NCBI GenBank assembly: GCA_002269645.1
Contig: NIVC01001059.1
Coordinates: forward strand, 186,001 to 250,000
DNA length: 64,000 bases
Reading direction: 5' to 3'
From: Macrostomum lignano
Taxonomy: Eukaryota
Positions 19,544 through 29,777 of the stretch are shown here, piece after piece (position 1 is the stretch's first letter; each line of letters opens with the position of its first letter). The notes under the pieces are model-generated. The model had not been told where the DNA came from and made no database searches. It saw only the letters and a list, made by a program, of their open reading frames with translations. A program made the position numbers and the translations under genes.

Positions 19544-19996
19544 TCAGCCCGCGCGCTGCGCACCAGCCGGCGGGTTCTCGTCCAGGTTGATCCTGTCGCC
19601 GAACTTATCGTACAGGACCTTCTTCAGGTGGGCCATCTCGCCACGCAGGCTGGCCGCCCGCTCCTCGTGCTCGCGGCACTTCTGCTGCAGGTCGAGCTTC
19701 TTCCGCTCCAGCCGCTCGGTGACCTCCTCGGCCGGCAGGTGAACAAAGACCTCGCCCAGCAGGTAAGGATGCAGGCCATCTTCATCATCCAGCAGCATCA
19801 GGTCATTTTCAGCATCCTCGAGGTTTTGAAGCTCCTGTTTGGCAAGCTCGACCACCTTGGACTCTTCCTTGAACTTGACGTTGGCCTTGGCAAATTTGTT
19901 GATGTTCAGCTGGTCGCCCAGCGTCACAGTGGGGCCCTCGGAATCCTGCAATGTTCGCGTGGCCTTGAGGTTCTGCTGGATGCGATGCCAGATCAC
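19544..19996 (-). CDS. PFDN4: Prefoldin subunit 4 (start exon not located)
   Basis: VTLGDQLNINKFAK...LQNLEDAENDLMLLDD...PYLLGEVF...LKKVLYDKFGDRINLD matches PFDN4. No in-frame ATG is present, so a short 5' exon must be elsewhere. Confidence 0.9.
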   Translation of the reverse strand: MIWHRIQQNLKATRTLQDSEGPTVTLGDQLNINKFAKANVKFKEESKVVELAKQELQNLEDAENDLMLLDDEDGLHPYLLGEVFVHLPAEEVTERLERKKLDLQQKCREHEERAASLRGEMAHLKKVLYDKFGDRINLDENPPAGAQRAG

Positions 19997-20042
19997 CCAG
20001 GCTGACTGGGGTAGCGAGCCTCAGTTGAGAAACCCACATGGG

Positions 20043-21205
20043 TTTGGTAGCCTGAAAATCTCACCTGGGGTTGGTAGCCTGAAAATCTCACCTGGGGTTG
20101 GTAGCCTGAGAATCTCACCTGGGGTTGGTAGCCTGAGAATCTCACCTGGGATTGATAGCCTGAGAATCTCACCTGGGTTGGTAGCCTGAGAATCTCACCT
20201 GGGTTGGTATACTGAGAATCTCACCTGGGATTGATAGCCTGAGAATCTCACCTGGGTTGGTAGCCTGAAAATCTCACCTGGGGTTGGTAGCCTGAGAATC
20301 TCACCTGGGATTGATAGCCTGAGAATCTCACCTGGGTTGGTAGCCTGAGAATCTCACCTGGGTTGGTATACTGAGAATCTCACCTGGGTTGGGTAGCCTG
20401 AGACTCTCTTATGGGGTTGGCAGCCTGTGAATCTCACCTGGGATTGGTAGCCTGAGAATCTCACCTGGGATTGGTAGCCTGAGAATCTCACCTGGGATTG
20501 GTAGCCTGAGAATCTCACCTGGGGATGCCAGTCTGAGGATCTCACCTGGGATTGGTAGCCTGAGAATCTCACCTGGAGTTGTTAGCCTGTGAATCTCACC
20601 TGGGATTGGTAGCCTGAGAATCTCACCTGGGATTGGTAGCCTGAGAATCTCACCTGGGGTTGGTAGCCTGAGAATCTCACCTAGGATTGATAGCCTGAGA
20701 ATCTCACCTGGGTTGGTAGCCTGAGAATCTCACCTGGGTTGGTATACTGAGAATCTCACCTGGGTTGGGTAGCCTGAGACTCTCTTATGGGGTTGGCAGC
20801 CTGTGAATCTCACCTGGGATTGGTAGCCTGAGAATCTCACCTGGGGATGTCAGTCTAAGAATCTCACCTGGGATTGGTAGCCTGAGAATCTCACCTGGGG
20901 TTGGCAGTCTGAGAATCTCACCTGGGATTGGTAGCCTGAGAATCTCACCTGGGGATGTCAGTCTAAGAATCTCACCTGGGATTGGTAGCCTGAGAATCTC
21001 ACCTGGGATTGGTAGCCTGAGAATCTCACCTGGGATTGGTAGCCTGAGAATCTCACCTGGGGTTGGTAGCCTGAGAATCTCACCTGGGATTGGTAGCCTG
21101 AGAATCTTACCTGGGGATGGTAGCCTGAGAATCTCACCTTGGATTGGTAGCCTGAGAATCTCACCTGGGGATGGCAGTCTGAGGATCTCACCTGGGGTTG
21201 GCAAT
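20043..21205. repeat. Minisatellite, 27-bp unit, about 43 copies, upstream of the PFDN4 coding exon
   Basis: Unit ttggtagcctgagaatctcacctggg(a/g). On the minus strand it reads ...cccag|gtgagattctcag|g... Confidence 0.95.
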
Positions 21206-21998
21206 TGGGAACCTGAGAATCGTACCTATATAATAGAATAACCCCAGAAGACAATAGACTCAAGAAAGCATTGCATTAATTAATCGTTTTTTATAATTCT
21301 GTGCAGCAGACATCAGGTTATCTGTAAAACCATCAGTAATGCTTCTGTACAAATACGAGAGTCAATCAACTTGGGAGCCGCACAAACTGAGCAGGGGCTG
21401 GGATCTGGGCTCGCTAGTCTGGGTGGCAGCAATCAAGAAAGTTAAAGGAAGTTCTTTATAAATTTTTTTAGAAAAAACTGATTTAAAGTCTAATAGGACA
21501 GCATGGGCCACGCGAAACTGACAGTTGAACATTCACAAGAAGATCAGTGCAGCAAAAGAAGAATGAGACAAAAGAAAAAATTACAGGCGAGCAAAGTGCC
21601 GGTCGAACTGGAATCCCAGAGACAGGCAATAATCTGGATAGGGTTTATTTAGCACGGAAATCCTGTCACCATGGTTACGGATCATCTTTATCCTGCTCCT
21701 AAAATTATGTTCTGCGAAATACGCCAGCGAAGCCGCATAGCAACTGTAGCAGCGCGACTGGACTAAACACAAAGTGGTCAATTCTTGTTGAAGGTAGCTG
21801 CTAAGGTGGCGTATCTCGCGCATTCAAATGAACTGGACTGATAAACAACCGCAAGCGAACGCTTCTACTGCCAGTAGGCTGTAGCGGAAAAAGGTCACCA
21901 AAATGATTGGCTTCAGCGCTGCACACCGAGCCAAAGCCAGAGTGAAATAATCATCAACAGTTTTGAGCTCAGAGCAGCCGGGCCAGTCAGCCAGGGAC

Positions 21999-23397
21999 TC
22001 AGGTGTCCTCATCGGTGCCGTCAGGGTGGTTCAGCACCCGCCGGTCCGTGACGAACAGCCACTTCTTCTGATGGTAGATCAGCTTGGTGAGGCCCTTCAG
22101 CACAACGAAGGCGAAGCAGCCGAGCAGCGTCCGCTGCAGACTGGAGGAGACCCGGCGGAACAGCAGCTTGCCGACCACGGTGCTGACTGTGGGCAGCGCC
22201 AGGGCGCCGCAGAGGACGCGCGACACCGAGACCGGGTGGGCGGCCAGCCCGAATTCCACGGGTGGAGGCTGCGGCGGCGGCTGCACCGGCTGCTGCTGCT
22301 GCTGCTGCAGGGACTGTCGCGGAGCCGGGCGGGACCGGAGGCGGAACAGCTTGGGGCCGTAGGTGCGCACCAAGCGGACCAGGGCCTCCTCCCAGCGGAC
22401 CATCTTGGCGGCCACCAGCACCAGCGGGATGCAGGGCAGGCCCACCAGCAGCATCATCGGGTCCATGCGCTCCATGAAGCGCAGCCCGTCGCTGTGGCCG
22501 AGGACCTGCGGACAGGGAAGGCGGCATTGACGCTATCTGGAGATAGTGCTTCACAATTGCCTGGCTGGTTATCCTGTGAAATAACTTTGATATCACTGAC
22601 AGTCATCACATGGACAGGACTGTCAGTGACACATCAGTGATCCCACGCGGACACAAATCCCACGCGGACACAAATCTCATGCGGACACAAATCCCACGCG
22701 GACACAAACCTCACACGGACACAAATCTCAGCCGGACACAAATCCCACGCTGACACAAATCCCACCCAGACACAAATCTCCGCCGGACACAAATCCCACA
22801 CGGACACAAACCCACAGACACAAACCCTACAGACACAAGTCCTACAGACACAAATCCCACAGACACAAATCCCACAGACACAACTCCCACACGGACACAA
22901 ATCCCACAGACACAAATCCCACACGGACACAAATCCCAGACACAAATCCCACACGGACACAAATCCCACAGACACAAATCCCACACGGACACAAATCCCA
23001 CAGACACAAATCTCATATCATGTACCTGCATGACAGACACGGCGCCGTAGGTGACGGCAGTCCAGTAGACGGAGCCAACCAGCACAATGCCAGCAAAGAA
23101 CGGGCAGATGTGCATCACCATCTGGTCCACGCGCTCCATCAGATAGAGCAGAGTGTCCTTCGGCGGATAGAAGATCAAATACTCGGCGTTGCAGGCGTTG
23201 CAGGACACGGTGAGCGCCGTGTTGCCCCGCTGCTTCTCGTCTACCCAGCGCTGCACGCAGTGCTGGTGCACCCACTTGGTGTCGCCTCGGCAGCGACAGG
23301 GCCGCACCCACTCGGCCATGGGCTCGTCGCCATCGTAGGAGTAGCAGACCCAGCAGCGGCGGCGCCTGTCATCGGCGTCTGATAGCAGGCTTGGCAT
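21999..23397 (-). CDS. MARCH5: Mitochondrial RING-CH E3 ubiquitin ligase MARCH5/MITOL, 292 aa
   Basis: Exons 23397-23026 and 22505-21999 join in frame. CWVC...WVRPCRCRGDTKWVHQHCVQRWVDEKQRGN...CNAEY, SVYWTAVTYGAVSVMQ|VLGH, GLPCIP...KMVRWE. Confidence 0.95.
22640..23012. repeat. Intronic minisatellite (acacaaatcccac-based, about 15-19-bp units)
   Basis: Degenerate tandem units filling most of the MARCH5 intron. Confidence 0.9.
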
Positions 23398-23539
23398 GGT
23401 CTCCTTGGCGCCGGGTTGGACTGGAGAGTGAAGTTTTATGCGCTTGCTACAGTATGATTATCTAACCCCTGTGGCGGCACAGCCTGAGGATCTGAGGACC
23501 TGAAACTTTGGTAGCACAGCAGCTGGGATTCCGAGGACA

Positions 23540-23900
23540 TAAATCAGGGATCAGGGAAGGTAATGGCCCAGCCTGAGGATCAGGGAAGGTGATGGCCCAG
23601 CCTGAGGATCAGGGAAGGTAATGGCCCAGCCTGAGGATCAGGGAAGGTGATGGCCCAGCCTGAGGATCAGGGAAGGTAATGGCCCAGCCTGAGGATCAGG
23701 GAAGGTGATGGCCCAGCCTGAGGATCAGGGAAGGTGATGGCCCAGCCTGAGGATCAGGGAAGGTGATGGCCCAGCCTGAAGATCAGGGAAGGTGATGGCC
23801 CAGCCTGAGGCTCAGGGAATGTGATGGCCCAGCTTGAGGATCAGGGAAGGTGATGGCCCAGCCTGAGGATCAGGGAAGGTGATGGCCCAGCCTGAGGATC
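23540..23900. repeat. Minisatellite, 29-bp unit, about 12 copies
   Basis: Unit gatcagggaaggtgatggcccagcctgag, upstream of the MARCH5 ATG. Confidence 0.93.
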
Positions 23901-24519
23901 CATAGAAATAAGTCCACATTTGCAGATAGCATCCAGTCTAATACGGTCTAGAATTGGAGACAGGCATAGGACAAAGAGTACACAAGGAGGGCCCAGCTTG
24001 CATACAAGCAAGCAACTGATAAAAAGAGAATAAAGAAAAGACTAAGAAATTTAATTTAGAGGTAAAGTTTTTCGGGAGGCATAACTTGCAAAAAAGATCA
24101 TTGACTGTCTAGAGTTAGAAGTAAAATATTTAAATGGTAAGCATTATATAACATTGCCCCATGGTTAGACAAATAGCTAGTGCATTATCTAGACTACAGG
24201 TTTATTTTTTTCTTATTTATGCAGTAACAAAAATATTACTGTATGATTATTTATATTTAATAGAATGAATAATAAACAAATTTATATCCAATATGATTTT
24301 AAAACAGCTAGAATATATATATAGTACAAGGATACTTTATATAAAATCATAATGCTATAATTGATTTGGATAATTCTAACTACATTACTTAACTTAGATG
24401 TATACATAAAAATTTAATTATTGGGTGGTTGGCTTTAAAAAGCAATATTAAATTTAATACTATATTAGTCCTAAAAATGAAAAAATCTTTTATAGCTTTT
24501 ATATAATAAGTTATAACTA

Positions 24520-25632
24520 AAGTTGCATGATCCATTTAAATAAAAGATACCCAATCCAATACATGATACATGTTGTCAAATGCATTTTGTGGGTATATCT
24601 TGTGCTAAAGGAATTCTTTGAGATGCAACTCAGAGGTCAATACTTATACCATGCATGGTGTAGAAGTAAGCTTTGGCATGAGCCCATATGCTTTCAATAA
24701 GTTTTGCATGAATTTTTATATCTTGCGGGTTTATAAAGTGCCCAGAAGAATATGCCAAGTGATAATTGGCAACAAGGTTGCCACAGTTTGATCCTCAACT
24801 GGCACCATCATGCATTTTCAAGTGCCATACTCTTACTATTCTTAGCACCCATTGGCCAGGCTGATGTGCACCTAGATAAAATGTTTGGTGTATATAAAAT
24901 AGGACTTATCTATTTTGACCTCTTGCCTAGGGCCTTTTAGTTTGATTGGAGTACTTGTCTCTGATGGAATTATGCCAATCAAAGTGTTTGTAGGTTTGTT
25001 TGTACCTAGTAAGTAGCTTCTCTTTGCTTCATCTCAATCAACTACCAGTAAATTAGCTAGATTAGATTTGCCAGGTTGAGCTTCAAGGCTTCAAAGAACA
25101 AGTCCTTGCAGATTGAAACCAACAACCAACAATCTTTATAAACCCAGGCAAAGCCATCAATGTACCAATTACCTACTCAATGTTAAAGGTGCATGTTGCT
25201 ATTGCCAACTTGATAAACACTGCAATAGTGCTAGTTCCAAATTAAACAATACATTGCTAGCCAACTGATCATTTACCATGTCTCATAGCTTACCACTAAG
25301 CTCAAAGAAAGTAGTTCTAGTTGGTTAGGTTAGGAGTATTCCAAACCAAATTTGGTTAGACAATAAAACTTGGTGCTGCAAGATGTCTTTGCTAGGCCTA
25401 GCCATGATAAAAAATCTAGTAAAAAGTCAATAGCAAGAATTTGAAGCTTCTCTATGTCCTTTTCATTAGTTTACTATAGACATTGATTTTTAGATTTCCT
25501 TGCCTTTTGTCTTAACTAAATAGCTTTGGTTTAGTTTAGTCCTAGGCCATCAACCTTGTTTCCATCTCTTGCTAGATTTTGGTATAAATTTCATACAAAT
25601 TTGAGTTCGGCAAACAATTCTTGAAGATTGCC
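24520..25632 (-). mobile_element. Decayed Merlin (IS1595/ISXO2-like) transposase copy
   Basis: Minus-strand frames with stops and shifts give MA(R)..AAPSFIV, SWLAMYCLI..YC..YIDGFAWVYKDC..VSICKDLFFE, LKGPRQEVKIDKSYF (GGPG..VEIDES), QWV, MVPVEDQTVATLLPII, GHFINPQDIKIHAKLIESIWAHAK (FVDP..HT..IE..W). The terminus cttgaagattgcc at 25632 matches the neighbouring Merlin TIR. The other terminus was not found. Confidence 0.75.
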
Positions 25633-26044
25633 AACAATTTTAATACATGTTGATTGTTTAAATGAAATTATAGAGTATAGTCCAACTTATTTAGCAAATA
25701 ATTAGAATATTCTAAATATAGGATTTTAATATAATTGCCTATGCTTGGGTATAACCTATGGATTTACCAGGCTATTTCTATTTGCAAAATATATATGTAA
25801 GTTCTTATTGGATAGAATAGTAGTCATATGACTACTCTTAGGCAAAAGCAAATTATGTGCATAATGCCAATAGAAAATGGCTAGATAATTCCTAAGACCA
25901 AGGTTGCATACATAGGTCTATATCCCTATAATAATTGCCTGATATTATAATTTAAATAATCACCTTCTAAAACTGAATGAATATATGTAGACTGATATAG
26001 TGATATACTTAAATAACTTATAACTTTGGCCTATATAAACATTT

Positions 26045-26916
26045 GGCAATCTTCAAGTTTTGTTTGTTAAATTATTTTTTCAATGATTTCTGAACTATCT
26101 TGCTCTGAGATGATTATTTTCGAGCTCTCCAGTGTACCCAGCCCTTTCCTAGCTGAGAAAGTAGCAGTTTTGTTAATATTATATATCTAATGTACTGTAA
26201 AGCCGTTGGTAGGCAAAGGAATGTCTATGGCCCATATTATGGTAACGTAATGATGACGTGGCTTTCACTGACATTTCGGATGGACACCTGTGCATGGCAG
26301 TTAGTGCAAGCCCAAGCGTAGCCATCAGTAAAGCGGTCACCTTGACGAAGCTGCAGCCAAAGTTGAGTGGCCGGACAATTGGCACACACTTGCTGGTTGG
26401 CAATTAGATGGTATTTGGCCATCCAATTCATGGTATCCCTTGTTGTTGCCGTAATCACAGCCAGTTCCCGCATTGTCAAGGTGATGTCGCACAAAGCTGC
26501 AGCTGGTTGCACTTGTGCTACTGGTACAATAAAAGTGGGTGCCACTGGTTGTCCTGCCATAGTGTATTAGTCTTATGGTGTATTAGCTGTTTGTCTATTA
26601 ACTGCTTATGATATTACTCCATGCCACTCTTAAAGCTGCATACAGTAGCATCTTTATTCCCCATAGACGTTCTTTGCTAAAATGCCACGTCAGTGAAAGC
26701 CACGTCATCATTACGTTACCATAATATGGGCCATAGACATTCCTTTGCCTACCAACGGCTTTACAGTACATTAGATATATAATATTAACAAAACTGCTAC
26801 TTTCTCAGCTAGGAAAGGGCTGGGTACACTGGAGAGCTCGAAAATAATCATCTCAGAGCAAGATAGTTCAGAAATCATTGAAAAAACAATTTAAAGAACG
26901 AAACTTGAAGATTGCC
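26045..26916 (-). mobile_element. Non-autonomous Merlin element, 872 bp, about 228-bp inverted arms
   Basis: GGCAAT...ATTGCC termini. Arms 26045-26272 and 26689-26916. Exact 8-bp TSD aaacattt (26037-26044 and 26917-26924). The interior 26237-26560 encodes the transposase N-terminal Zn ribbon (CANC...DGYAWACTNC...SIR). Confidence 0.9.
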
Positions 26917-29777
26917 AAACATTTTAGTTTTTGTTTGAATAGAGAATAGAGACAAACTTCAATGTGATTGTCTACCAAAACTAGTAAGTTCAGAAATGAT
27001 CATCATCCAAAAGATTGCCATTAATTCAATTAGAAAAAGGAAAAAAATAGCTTCTGAGTTTTTTGTCTTAAACATAAAGACCCAGAGACAAAAATATTTA
27101 TATTCTTTATATTTATTTAGGTTTTACCTAAGCTAAGGATTCTGTTAATATTTGCATTTAAGAAAGGCCTTTTGCCATTTTGGCAATAGTGATTGATAAG
27201 TAGGCTCTTAGACTAGAGCCTATTGACAAGAAAAAGTTGATATTTATTGATAGCCTATCACTAGACACTAATATCAGTAGGCCTATCAAATAGCATTAGC
27301 AATGAGAAAATTAATACTAATAGTGAGGCCTAATGAACAGACAATTATTAACTCATACGCTAGTAATATCGGCCTGATGCAACACAATTTAACGTCTCAA
27401 GCTCAAGGCTAAAGTCAAAGTGTAGTTAGTAATTAAAAGACAAGACAATAATTACAAGCAGACAGCTAGTAAAAATATCTCAGCAAAAAATTAATTTTCC
27501 CCTTGACTGTGCGTGCCTGGTTCACAAAATTTAATTTTCCGAGTGGTAATATTATGGTCCGGGGAGTTTTGAGTGTCGTTGCTGTTGATCTATTTGGCTT
27601 TCAGTCAGCGCTCCAAACCATGTTCTTCAAATTCCAACCTTAAATTTTCATGGCAGAACTTACGCAGCGGGTTTGAAAGCGCGCGTTGAATTTCCATAAA
27701 GATTCAAACAAATTTGGATTCAGGAATGGGTATGCTTCGACTGTCTGGTTCCTTAGTGGAGAGTAGGCCGTCTGTCAGTCAGCTCTGGCTGAGCGGTCTA
27801 CACTAATGCCGCTACAATCAGCCGCTGAGCCGCTGAGCGGCTGCTTTTCTACTGAATTAAATAGGCCTTTATAATTTGCTACTTTTACATAATGAAAAAT
27901 AACCCACTTCGGGCTACTGTCAGTAATTCGCTGCCAATACAACGATTTTGCGAAGAATTTAAAACAAATTGCGCTTATAGAAAAGGGGCTTCTTCTTGAG
28001 TAAATTTGAGTCCGTAAGGTTTGTGTAGGAGTCAAACCGAGCCATATAAAGTTCTAAGACACCGGATCTGCCCTCACTATGGCTCAAGTATCGCGCAGTC
28101 AGGGAGGGGTCTTTTCACAGACTATAGTACTACTACTACATGTATATAAATATATTTAATTTTAACCAAAACATTGGGACGAAATACTCGGCAAATCATG
28201 GTTTGAGTAGTCCGATGCACTTTCAACGTTGCATCGAACTTAGTTAGGAGTTTAGGACCGCTAAATATATACTCGTTTGTCTTACCAATAGCATCAGCAT
28301 ACTATCATAAATAGTATGATCTGCAGAGAACGCATATAGCATTCATGAATGGGGTTTCGCCAATAGACGCAAAAAATTACACACACTTAGAAATTTAGAA
28401 TTTTAAAAGGCAGAAATCAGCTAATCCGGATATTATAAAAGCTAATCCACCCGCCACCAACCCGTGTGAATTGGCTCATCGAACCAGCTCTCTCGAAATC
28501 TTGTTTTAGACGAGCAGGCTCCAAGCCAACCTGCTAATTGCCAGGGAATTCTTTCTGCTGTCAATATCATAGCCGAGAATTAGGAACATTGCTGAGACTA
28601 TAAATGGCATGCATCGACATTGCAAGGACGAAGCAAAGGAGATTCGACCTTGCGCTGGCGAGCTCTGGGGGTCTCGGAATTATACACTATATATTTCTTC
28701 ACTGAATTCTGCAAGATTCAATTGAAGCAAACTCACTTCAGAAACAGGCTAAATTTTCTATCCCGAACCCAGCTATATATGCAGTGCTCAACAAGTCTCA
28801 GATCTCAGCCCCAAAGTGGTGCAATTCACACCTCACTGTGGGTGATGCAATAATTGCGTCACAAGGCCCCAGACTGGTGAGGAGAGAGTGGAGAGCTGTG
28901 GCTAGAGTTGGATGAAAGCTACCATTTGCTGACTGACCACTGCATGGTTTCCCAGTGGAAACTTGATCGAACATGTTGCGAGTGCAGTAGACTGCTTTTT
29001 GCAGTAACCTGAAAAGCTTCTGCCCCTAGTCCAGAGTACACAATTCCCTAGTACGAGCTAGGCTGATGCACGCCCGATCCGGCCATTGCTAACGGCATCA
29101 ATAGTCAAATTCGCAAGAATATGCATGGGAGAATAGCTATAGCTGCTCTACAAAATTAGCGATATTGAGGTGGGTGTCAAATTTCGCTCTATAATGCCAG
29201 TCTTAATGAGAGCAGCGAGCGCACCGGCTGCGACGCGGAACTCGCCTATTGGATGGTGTGAGGGCGCAAGCTGGAGCTTACCATGCCCAATGGGTATCCA
29301 TGGGAGTACAGTAGTCCAGGGCCGGTGGTTGTTTGCAGAATATGCGCTGGGTCGGGGGGGGGGCGCTCCCCAGGCTCCCCCTGAAAGAAGCAAGAGAGAG
29401 GCGTGCTGCATGCTGAGCTCCACACCTCTGATGTGGTTGCAGTGCACTGATCTACTCCTGCAGTTAAAATGCATACGGAAGGGGAAGAGACTATGTGTAT
29501 ATTCCCCCTATCTTTTGCTACCCCAGCTTTCTCCCATCTGATGCATCTCTGCAGCAGCGCAGAACTTAACTCCCCCGACGTCCCTCCGCCAATTCCGTGT
29601 TTGCGTGACTACCCTATTCTGCAGCGTATGGCCCAGCCCACCTGCTCAGCCGATTGGGTCTCTGGTGGGTGCCCCTCCTGCCTCCGCCTTCTGCTACCGT
29701 TCCCAGCTCCCAGAGGCCCAAATGACAAGCCAGACCATGCAGGCTGATTATCCATACAGCCGGCAGGGGATGCATTT

